Positions 24,376-35,132 of a stretch of 64,000 bases of DNA are shown here, one piece after another. The position numbers were made by a program, and so were the translations under genes. The notes below the pieces were generated by a model. That model made no database searches. It saw only the letters and a program-made list of their open reading frames with translations, and was not told where the DNA came from. Source of the stretch: Mytilus edulis (taxonomy: Eukaryota); NCBI RefSeq assembly GCF_963676685.1, contig NC_092349.1, positions 76,508,001 through 76,572,000 of the forward strand, written 5' to 3'. How positions within the stretch are numbered: the first letter of the stretch is position 1; every line of letters starts with the position of its first letter.

Positions 24376-27300
24376 CTAACACTTTGTACTTTTCCACACT
24401 TCGTCTCTTTTCCTCCAAATCCACTGTGATGCCACTTCTGCTTCTCTACACACTTCTGTAATCAGTTTCTTCCTCTCTGCTCCTATTACTCCCAAGGTCC
24501 TAAGTGTCCGCCACATTGACTGTCCTGCAAAGCCCCTGCATCCGACTTCTATTGCCAAACACCACGTCCTCCATCCCCGCTGTTTGCAATCCTCTACTAG
24601 CTGCTGGTATTTTGCCATCTTTCTTTCATAAGCTTCCTCTATTCTGTCTTCCCATGGGACTGTCAGTTCCAGCAAGACCGCCTGCCTAGTTCCCTGTGAC
24701 CAAATGACTATATCTGGTCTTAGCGATGCTGCTGCTATTTCTGCTGGGAAACTCATGCGTTGATGTATGTCTGCTGTCATCTGCCAGTCTGATGCTGTTC
24801 CAAGTATCCCTAAACCTTCTGCCTGGTTGTCTTTCTTTTCTCCAGCCCTCACAAAATTTACAAATGTGATGTTCTTCTGCATCTTTCTCTTCTTTCTCCT
24901 GGTGGTATCCAACTTTGCTGCTATTGTTTTCAATACACTGTCATGCCTCCATGTATATCTTCCATCTTTCAATGCGACTGGACATGCTGACAACACATGC
25001 TGTAGAGATGCTGGTTTGTCTTTGCATAAGGTGCACGTTGGGTCTTCTATCAACCCCCAGGTATAGAGGTTTGATGGGCTTGGTAAAACATCATACACTG
25101 ATCTTAGTAGAAAACTCAATCTGTATCCCTCCATACTCCAAATCTCGCTCCAGGTCAAAGCCCTGCTTCTCGCTCCTTGCCAATTCAACCAACTACCCTG
25201 CTGTTTCATTCCTACTGCCTTAACATTCCTACTCTCTTCTTCCATCTGTCGTATTTCCTGTTGCACCAGTTCCCTCCGTCCCTTCTCATTTGCTGTATCC
25301 CACCTTGGTTTTGTTGTCATACCAAATCCCTGTCTACCAACTGCTGTTACACCAACGATGACACTGTGCTTTAGTCTAGTCTCAGCTTCCTTAACTGCTT
25401 CGTCTGCTTTCCATTTTCTTCCTGTCCTGATCTTTACTTTGGCTCCTCTCACTTTAGCATCTTTGCTGTCTCTCAACGTCATAACCTGTCTTGTCTTTGT
25501 AACTTTATACTCTTCTGTCAATGCCTTCATTGGTAATTGTAGCTTTGTTCCTGTGCTGTACAATCCAATGCTGCTGAAACTTCTTGGCACACCCAACCAT
25601 CTTCTTAGGCATGCACTGATCTTTCTCTCTAAGGCCTCAACTTTGGACAATGGGAACTCGTAAACTAGTAATGGCCACAATATCCTTGGTAAGACCCCAT
25701 GTTGATATATCCAGGCCTTATATCTTCCTGGGAGCCCACTTTTGTCTATCTTCGTCAGCCATTCTACCAATTGCACTTGAACTTCACCCATGTTTACCAT
25801 ATCTGCTAGTGTTGCATCAAACTTTTTACCTAGGCATTTCACTGGTTTCTCTCCAACTGTTGGTATCTTTTCACCTGCTAACTCAAATGTCTCATCTTGC
25901 ACTTTGCCTTTCCTCACTATCAAACTTCTAGATTTACTTGGTTTGAACTTCATCCTGGCCCACTTAATCATCCTTTCCAATTCCTCTAAAGTCCATCTTC
26001 CCTCTATGACTGTTTTTGCTGTCACTGTCATATCATCCATAAAAGCTCTTACTGGTGGTTGTTCGACCCCTGATGACAATAATGGTCCTCTACTTGGTTT
26101 TTCTACTGATTTTACAATCAAGTTCATTGCTGCTGCAAACAGGACTACTGATACTGTACACCCCGTTAGTATTCCAACCTCAAGTCTCTGCCAAGCTGTG
26201 GTGAAGTCTCCAGCTGTGAACCTCATTTCAATCTTGTCAAAATACTCTCGCAGCATAGTTCTGATAGTTGGTGGAACATGATACCTCTCCAATGTCAGGT
26301 CTACTAGTTTGTGAGGTATGGACCCATAAGCATTAGCCAGATCTAGCCAAAACACTGCTAAGTCACTTTTCTTCTCCTTTGCTTCTCTTAAAATCTGTGT
26401 AATAACGCTGGTGTGTTCGATGCAACCAGATACTTCAGGCATGCCTCCTTTCTGGACTGCGATGTCTATATATTCGTTGCCAAGCAGGTACCTCGTCGTT
26501 CTCCTTGCGAAAACTGCCAGGAATATCTTCCCCTCAATGTTCAATAGGGAGATGGTTCTAAACTGTTCAACTTTCCTGGAGTTCTCTTCTTTTGGTATAA
26601 AACATCCTTCTGCCTTGTACCATGACTCTGTCATCTTTCTCCTTCTCCAAATTACTTTTAATAGCTTCCACAACCTTCTGATCAGTCTGGGACAGTTCTT
26701 ATATACCCTATATGAAATACCATTTGGTCCTGCATGGTGCTGACCCTGCTCTTGCCTTTCTCACTACGTCCTGCACTTCTTGGAACTTCAGGTCTGACTC
26801 ATCAAACTGTTCTTTTGGCTCCTCTGGTGTTAACAATTTCTCACATTCTTCCAGGTCTTCTCCTCGTCTCTCATTACTGTGGGTCTTCCTGAGATGTTCT
26901 TCCACTTCTTCCCTCGAGTTTTCCAGTTTGCCAGATCCTCTCGCTCCAAATAATCGCTTCATATACTGAAATGGGTTTGTTGTTAATGTTGTTCTCTCCT
27001 TTGCCTTTTTCTTTCTATCTCTTCTATGCGTTTCTGCTCTTGTAAGTGTTTTAAGTTTCTCCCTAGTTTCCTTTCTTAACTGCTGTAATGGTAACCTTTC
27101 ATTCTCATTGGCGACTTTGTACCTCTTCTTTAACCTTCTCAGGTCTCCTCTCAATTCCTTGATCTTCTGTCTCCGGTTACTATGGCCTAGTTTTGTTGGT
27201 TGTTTCCCTTGTGGTACCACTCCAAATCTGTCCTTTCCTACGCTGTAAATAATGGACGTCATTGCTGTTATCTTTCTGTCTACACTGCCTGCTAATGTTG

Positions 27301-27907
27301 CCTCTAAGATGTTTTCCAAATCGTCGTCAAGCGCTTTCCAAGCTGCTTTGTCTGCATTCGTTGGCCATTTGATCTTCTCTTTGCGTGGCTCATTCTCTTC
27401 TCTACGGGTTGTTGGTTCTATCCCGTCTTCTTTACGGACTGTTGTTTCTATCCCGTCTTCTCTATGGACTGTTGGTTCTATCCTCTCTATCTCTTCTGCC
27501 TCGTCAAGTTGTTCTACCTCTGTAGGCTGTTCCTCGTGCTCATCCTCACCCTGGGTCACAGGGAGGCTATCATCACTGTGGTTTGCTTCCTGGATGGTCT
27601 CCTCCTCCGTCTGACCAGATCTCTCTGTGCGTTGATTGCCAGAATGGGGTTGCACACATTTCATTCTACTTTGATGGATCTTCAAACCTCTAGAATTCTT
27701 ACAGACTTTACCACAAAAACATTTACATCCGTTGTTCTGGTTCGTTGTCCTTGTCGGTTCCATAGTCGTTTCCTGGTCCTGTCCTATGGGCTGTTCATCC
27801 TCCCTCGCTCTCGCACAGCCCCGAGGGTGTCTTAGTATATATCGTTCCATAGCGTGTAAAATGGGTTCCCCTTCACAGGAGATGCACTTTGACTTGCCAA
27901 GCCTCAT
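24376..27907 (-). pseudogene. RT-RLE polyprotein with one frameshift
   Basis: CFCGKVCKNSRGLKIHQSRMKC finger; FRTISLLN, WLDLANAYGSIPH, GILTGCTVS, AFMDD; CTLC...LQHVLSAC, WRHDSVL, RPDIVIW, LLELTVPWE, K..KY, IEVGCRG. A TGCA insertion at 26731-26734 breaks SAP-GPNGISYRVYK. Start codon uncertain (27907 or 27850). Confidence 0.9.
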
Positions 27908-28018
27908 GCCCCGGTTACCAGTCTCTCCTGGCTGCCTCCTGTCTCTCCAGGTTGCCACTGTTCTCTTCACAGTCGTCAACCAGACTTTCCTGGTGGTCAC
28001 TGGGTTTCCAGAAGTTGA

Positions 28019-29122
28019 TTACCTTGTAAACATCAAAGGAATGCTAATCCAATTCCATCATCAGGTGGGGTCCTCCTTCCTTGGCTGTTTCGGCGCTATT
28101 CCACAACAACCTCCAGAGGTGCGCCGGCTCAGGTGATCAATCTGAACCTGGAACTGGATGGCCTACACGGCTCCGATGTCTCAGCTGATGTCATTGCTGT
28201 TCTTCTGTAACTGAATGCTGTTCTGTATATCTAAATCTGTCCATTATCTACACAATAAATGTTCATTGTTCTAACACTTTGTACTTTTCCACACTTCGTC
28301 TCTTTTCCTCCAAATCCACTGTGATGCCACTTCTGCTTCTCTACACACTTCTGTAATCAGTTTCTTCCTCTCTGCTCCTACTACTCCCAAGGTCCTAAGT
28401 GCCCGCCACATTGACTGTCCTGCAAAGCCCCTGCATCCGACTTCTATTGCCAAACACCACGTCCTCCATCCCCGCTGTTTGCAATCCTCTACTAGCTGCT
28501 GGTATTTTGCCATCTTTCTTTCATAAGCTTCCTCTATTCTGTCTTCCCATGGGACTGTCAGTTCCAGCAAGACCGCTTGCCTAGTTCCCTGTGACCAAAT
28601 GACTATATCTGGTCTTAGCGATGTTGCTGCTATTTCTGCTGGGAAACTCATGCGTTGATGTATGTCTGCTGTCATCTGCCAGTCTGATGCTGTTCCAAGT
28701 ATCCCTAAACCTTCTGCCTGGTTGTCTTTCTTTTCTCCAGCCCTCACAAAATTTACAAATGTGATGTTCTTCTGCATCTTTCTCTTCTTTCTCCTGGTGG
28801 TATCCAACTTTGCTGCTATTGTTTTCAATACACTGTCATGCCTCCATGTATATCTTCCATCTTTCAATGCGACTGGACATGCTGACAACACATGCTGTAG
28901 AGATGCTGGTTTGTCTTTGCATAAGGTGCACGTTGGGTCTTCTATCAACCCCCATGTATAGAGGTTTGATGGGCTTGGTAAAACATCATACACTGATCTT
29001 AGTAGAAAACTCAATCTGTATCCCTCCATACTCCAAATCTCGCTCAAGGTCAAAGCCCTGCTTCTCGCTCCTTGCCAATTCAACCAACTACCCTGCTGTT
29101 TCATTCCTACTGCCTTAACATT
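28019..29122 (-). mobile_element. 5'-truncated second copy of the same non-LTR element, directly upstream in tandem
   Basis: Near-identical to 24124-25227 (offset 3895; only a few substitutions, e.g. AAAS/AATS, RTL/RAL, W/L); ORF 28271..29104. Confidence 0.95.
28056..28138 (-). ncRNA. Candidate rearranged hammerhead ribozyme, copy 2 (upstream of the full-length element)
   Basis: Same sequence as 24161-24243. Confidence 0.55.
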
Positions 29123-29170
29123 TAAGAATGATGTAAAATTGATTGAAAATAATTGTCATACCACCATTAA

Positions 29171-30579
29171 TACCGCAGTCCCTCTAGGCCACGATCGCAC
29201 TACGATCTGTGAAAAAACTGCAAATTTTGATGATCGTAGTACGATCGTGTAGATCGTAGTAAGGTCGTATCACGGTCGTACGTGGTGAGGTCTTCAAGAT
29301 CGTAATGAGCGTGGCCTACTTTGGACATGTTCAAAACAATCGTGGTGCGGTCTCGGCGAAATCGTGTCGTAGTAGAAGCGTAGTGAGAGCGTACTAAGGT
29401 CGCTGTGCCAACGTAGCGAAAGCGTGATTCTATTCGGAGAGACTGCGCTACGACCTCACTACGACCATCACGTTCTCACCGCGACCCAACTACGCTTACA
29501 CTACGACTATACCACGTTTACAACACGCTGTTCAAGACCATAGGACGATTCTAGCACGCCCTTGCCGTCCTCATCACGCTCTTCTTGCAACCTGACTACG
29601 TTCATATTACGACCATCATTCTCATGGTCATTTTCACATAAAATATATTAAATCTCTCCAGGTTTGTTTGTTTGTATGTAATTAGGACTTCTTGTCCATC
29701 TTCTCTAACGGCTCAACCATGCTTCTCGTTTTTATATAGATTAGACCGTTGAATTTCCCGTTTGAATGGTTTTACACACCTAATTTTTGGGGCCCTTTAT
29801 AGCTTGCTGTTCGGTGTGAGCCAAGGTTACGTGTTGAAGGCCGTACCTTGGCCTATAATGGTTTACTTTTATAAATTGTTACTTGGATGGAGAGGCGTCT
29901 CATTGGCACTCATACCACACATTCCTATATCTATTGACACATTTGTCTGCTATCGTTCACTACAATATCGTCATTTGAGCTTTATGGACCACCAATAGGT
30001 TGTAATTTAGATTCGATTGGTCGGTCCGACATCTCTTGATCGGGGTTCGTTTCTATCAGAGCTCCATCTGCCTCTACATCAAACCCGGCCTGCCACCTCT
30101 CCCACGTGTTCTAGTAGATTTTGGTGGCATGTCTGTATTGTTTCTACGAATCTACGTATTAATCAGAGATAGAAGGAATGGAACTATATTGATATGGAAC
30201 ACGATGTTGGCGTTATTGCTGAAAACATAGTAAGATCGCGGTATGAACGTAGTATATTCGTGGTAAGAACGTGCTATAATCGCAGTAGAAGCGTGGTAAG
30301 ATCGTGCTGCAATCGGATAACTCGTGGTATAATCGTACTGAGAACGTGATGAGCGTAGAAAGATCTTGATAAGCGTAGTGAGGTCGCAGAATAAGCGCAG
30401 TTAGAACGTGGTATAGTCGTAACAGGATCGTTGTAGGAGCGTAATGAGGACGTAGTAGCATCGTGTAAACAACGGAAATTTACATTTTCATGACGCTCAT
30501 ACCGTGACCTAACGACGATCTGAATTTATTTTAGATCGCGGTGAGCGTGGTGCGATCGTGGTAAAGTGTGTATTGGGCT
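29171..30579. mobile_element. Non-autonomous Harbinger-like element (TAA TSD) with CpG-rich subterminal repeats
   Basis: Imperfect TIRs around CCACGATCGCAC.ACG / CGTGGTGCGATCGTGG; TAA at 29168-29170 and 30580-30582; removal restores env frame CHTTI-KINTILPM; many ACGATC/GATCGT motifs; carries a dispersed repeat at 29742-29933. Confidence 0.82.
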
Positions 30580-31658
30580 TAAAATTAATACAATACTTCC
30601 AATGGCGGAATACTTATCTTCGGGAACGTGGCTAATCGTTATAGCCAAGCCGTTGCGTATGTTAATTAACGTGGACCTAACAGTCAGGCCGTAGAAAAAA
30701 TAATGAAACCGCCTATCGATTTATTAACTCTCGATGTCGGTTGCTCAGCTAATAACGATCAGTTTACTTTACTACCCTACTATCACATTGAATCTAAACT
30801 AAATATCGATGAACCATTTGCCAAGTTTATGAAAAATTATAATAATACATTTGTTAATATGTGGAAACATTTATACGTTATTATCCCGGAAAATCAATCA
30901 CGCCCGCTGTTGCAAGCGTTAAAAGGAATTGCAACTCTTTCAATGGATTCCTTGGTTCAAAAACTTAACGGGGATAATAAGATGCCGGACTTGCAAAAGA
31001 GAGAGTCTACATTTCAAATATGGGTCTTTATTGTCCTAACTGTGGTCATATTAATTATTGCCAAATGGGCGGGGACAAATTTAAAACGCTGGTTAGCCAA
31101 AACTTTCATTAGGACAAGACAGACTTTGACAAAGCCTGACGAAGAAGTGGCGGGTTTCACAGACGAAATTCAGAGCGTGGTCACCGAAAATGAAGATGGA
31201 CAATCTAACCCACTCTCATGTCTGAAGGGCATGATACAGAAGTCGAAACGTAAAAGATACACTTCGTTGTCAAGTCGAACACCTCAGCAAACCATGAAAC
31301 CCGAAGAACTTTCATTGGAAAATCCGTTGCTGATGATAAGCCGAATGCCAACCTTCGGAAATATTCCCGAGTTGATCTACAAAGTGGAATCTGAGCAATA
31401 ATTTGTGAATTAGAAATAGAATCCACTCAATAACGTGTATAGTTACATATAGAACAATGTAGAACATGGATTTTTGTTGTGATAATACTTATATATTATT
31501 ACTGTGGGAACTTTATAGCGATAGAAGAGTGAAGAAACTTTATACCAGGAATAAATATGTTTAAGTATAAATAACATAAACTTTAATATGAAGGAACCAG
31601 ACAACGTCATGTTGGACTTACCTTGGAACCTTCCGTACACACATTTTATTTCCATATA

Positions 31659-33072
31659 CAGTGAATTTGTATTATGTAGAATCCCTGATTTATGTAGAAT
31701 CACTAAACTCATAAGTGGTTATATAGAATCCCTGAAAATGACCAGTGATTTTACATAATCACTGAACATTTTAATAATTATTCTATAAATTCCCTGAAAT
31801 TATTTTAGGTATTATCAATAATTCAAAGATCCTTCGTTTGATAAAAATTAAATATGGACAAAATCATACTTTGTTTGTTCTTAGAAAGTTTAAGGACAGT
31901 AAGACATGCTTTAAATTATGTAAAGATTCTGGCTACCATCTACTATATATCATACATATTGCACATCATTATACATCAATATAGGATGTTAGCTATTGGT
32001 TATAGATAAAAACAAGTCTAAATATTTGACGAACATTGTTTTTGTGATTAAAGCAAAAGTAATAAAAGCTAGATATATAGTTTTTTTTAAGTACTTTTTA
32101 TCACTATGCACATTTCTGTGATTAGCATCTCATTTGTATCCTATTATTTTGGTCAGGTTTGGGACGACTTGGTGTTGAACCAAAGATGTGTATGGTCTTT
32201 CTAGACAAATCCTTGGTTGGACCTATTGTTTGTAAAGAATTTAATTCACGTAGACACATTTTTGGTTGATATGCAATCTACTTAATTTCAATTTTAATCC
32301 ATCATGGTTTATTAAGATTATATAACAAAAAAACTCAAGTGTAAATCCACAGGGCATGTTATGTGTGGTTCAACAAATGGTGAATAAGGTTCTTTGTATT
32401 TTGTGAACAAGACATTAAAACATGATATCCTCTAGTTTTAGTACCTCAGCTGTTTGTACTGAACACTTTATTGTTCTTCGATGTGTAAAATCTGATTCGA
32501 TATGTGAAGGACAATATTTGTTAAAATGCGGATGTTGTGGTAAAAACATACATGTGATTCAAATAGTCGATGTCATTCAAATTAATTTGTAAAAATAGAT
32601 GATTGTTTTTGAAATATTGTTCTTAACATTTAAATATAATCATTGTGCTAAATATTTAAGTATATTGTTTCTAACATTTTAATGTATTGTTGTTATATAT
32701 AAAGGCAACAGCAGTATACCGCTGTTCAAACTCATAAATCCATGGACAAAAAACAAAATCGGGGTAACAAACTAAAACTGACATTCTTATACATGTATAT
32801 TGTGCTTAACATTTCACAACTTTTGTTTAAAATGACGTTTTAATATGTCTATTTTAGAACTAATTATTTAACTTAATTTATTCATTTCTATATAAATACA
32901 ACTAATTCATCACTTCAGTTATTATGTATAATCTCTGACAGTTTTCTAGTGATTATACATAATGCCTGAAAGTTTTAGTGAGTATATACAATCCCTAAAC
33001 TGACCAGTGATTCTACATAATCCCTGAAAAATTCGGGGATTCTACATAATCACTGATTATACAAATTCACTG
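31659..33072. mobile_element. Non-autonomous Tc1/mariner-like element (CAGT termini, TA TSD)
   Basis: CAGTGAATTTGTAT / ATACAAATTCACTG with TA on both sides; subterminal TGTAGAATC(C/A)CT repeats at both ends. Confidence 0.8.
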
Positions 33073-34104
33073 TACATATATATATCTCAAGAATACTGTT
33101 ATTAACATCGAGCTTTTAAATTAAAGAAAATTTCAATGTTTAAAAACTTTCTTTTATTAGCATTGGAGGAATGTAACAAAGTTACTTGTATCATCATTAT
33201 ATGCATCAGGAATTTATAATAAGCCTAGTGATTGATATCTATTCACATCTCTATTCATCAATGTATCATGAATAATAAATAACAAATAATTCAAATATTT
33301 GGGGATGGGGTAAAAAGTGCTGCAAGTTTTGTTTATTTGACATCGATTTTACATATATCTGTATTGGTCAATAATTTTTTTCCCGAAATTAAGTTAAGAG
33401 AGGGTTGGGGTCAGTGAAAAAAAAATATGTGAATTAAGTTGTTTTATCCTACATGGAACTTTTGTTGTCGTTCCTTATTGTCCTGTGAACTTTTATCAAA
33501 GGTCGTCACTGCAGAAAATGCATAGTATGCGAGATTTTTAATGATTTGCAAATATCTCTTTTACCTCGAGCTCAATACAATAATTTATGCCCACAGTTGA
33601 TACATGTATTGTGTTTTTTGGAGTAAACGGATCCCTTTTTCAAGCAAACCAGTCCCATTTTTTTCTAGTGTAGACTGCTTGTTAGTTACATACGATCAAA
33701 TCGATCCTCTCATGTTTATAGCAAGTATTAATAGTTGTCAATATTGTCCACTTTATGTGTAATGGCATTACTGTTTTGATAACTAACTATAACGCATACA
33801 TCCTTTTTTCGAGTTCTACAATCATATTATCAGGTTTTTATTTATTTCTCTCAAAACCTAGTCCGGGATTTTTAAAAGAAAATATGATCATGAAATAATA
33901 ATAATAATGGCATACAGGAACTGTAAAATTATAACTTTTTAGAACATATTACCATTAACCTCACAGTATTACATCAGTCAATAAAACCAAAACGAGATTC
34001 ATAAATTTGATATGATTGAACTTCGATTTTTCAATTTATAATCATTAAATGCTACTTGTATATTGTTTACCGCAAACTGAAGTTTGACTGCAAAATAACT
34101 TGAA

Positions 34105-34367
34105 ATGTTCAATGGACCATGAAATTGGGGGTCAAAACTCTTAATTTGGCATTAAAATTAGAAAGATTATAGCATAAGGAACATGTATACTGAGTTTTAG
34201 GTTGATTGGACTTCAACTTCATCAAAAACTACCTCGACCAAAAACTTTAACCTGAAGCGGGACAGAGAAACGTACGAACGGACGGACGATCGGAAGGACG
34301 GATGAACAAACGGACGCACAAACCAGAAATCATAATGCCCTCTACTATCGTAGATGGGGCATTATAA
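34105..34367 (+). repeat. Helentron/HINE-like repeat, single core
   Basis: One ~167-bp core shared with 54255-54745, then a GGAC microsatellite and terminal stem-loop ATGCCCCTCTAC...GTAGATGGGGCAT. Confidence 0.75.
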
Positions 34368-35132
34368 ACATTTCAACAAATAAGTACAAGCTTTGAAATG
34401 GTCTTTGTTTCTGTTTAAAATTTCCCCAACTTTTATTGATTTGGGACGATGTATAAGCTAGCTAGTCTGATGTTGTTGACGACTTGACTGCTTCCCTGAA
34501 GATAACTTTTGTTTACTTTTTTCGTTGGGTTGCTGTCTCATTGACGTTATCAACATCTCTCATTATTCATAGTATCCTTATATCTACGTATATAACATCA
34601 GAGATGTCCAGTGCCTTTGTTTATTTGAATGCCCTAAGCTGCCTGGTATTTAAAGGATATTGAAATATAAAACTCCTGTGGTATTATTTGTTATATTTCA
34701 GTAAAGTGTTTGTAAATGTACGGACTATAAAATTCTATGAAAGCATTTTCTTCGATTTTTTTATAATTATAAAGCTTAATTTCAAATTTTAGAATAAAAA
34801 TATACACTCAACTTGTATAATCAAATAATATGTGGTTAAACAATTAACGAAATCAGACACAAAAATGTCCGATCTTGTGAATTGGATTACTGAGCACGAC
34901 CACAACGCAGGTTTTCCAAAGAGACACTTCCGGTTGTTCACCTGGATAGGATTGGATAGAGTACTACTGATATCAGTATTAAACACTTCTTTAACACAAC
35001 TAGTACACGGTCCATAGGTTTGAATAACTTATGTCAAATCACTCATGGTACGTCTGAATATAAAGTCCACTTAGGAATATATTATTCTACGGAGTTCATG
35101 TTTAAAGCAACTATGACGTCTACATCTCTTAT

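Larger units (their letters stand above)
24124..28018 (-). mobile_element. Near full-length RLE-type (R2-group, HERO-like) non-LTR retrotransposon, 3895-bp unit
   Basis: Single long ORF with N-terminal zinc finger, RT and C-terminal restriction-like endonuclease; ~250-nt 3' UTR; inserted in a T-tract of env with no clear TSD or poly-A. Confidence 0.9.
23444..31401 (+). pseudogene. Envelope-like gene (baculovirus F / errantivirus env-like) of the Gypsy element, in three pieces: 23444-24124, 29121-29170, 30583-31401
   Basis: Follows pol on the same strand. Heptad-like helix, LWDYYQ...IIVVLSVPL.....FDI...NL.IP, Cys pattern C-x6-C...CKVALF|FKND...ENNC...|INTILPMAEYLSSGTWLIV...L.L..GCS, then a TM helix IWVFIVLTVVILIIAKW and a tail. 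The reading frame runs across both insertion junctions. Confidence 0.7.

Noticed and set aside
24504-29118. Plus-strand ORFs over the retrotransposon
   Set aside because: Antisense shadows of the RT-RLE ORF with no independent motifs.
24124-29122. Treating the 1.1-kb direct repeats as true LTRs
   Set aside because: The repeats contain endonuclease coding sequence, lack TG..CA ends, PBS and PPT, and the RT is non-LTR type.
31402-31658. 3' LTR / polypurine tract of the Gypsy element
   Set aside because: No clear PPT-TG start and no second copy to pair with; gag and the 5' LTR are not visible left of 3069.
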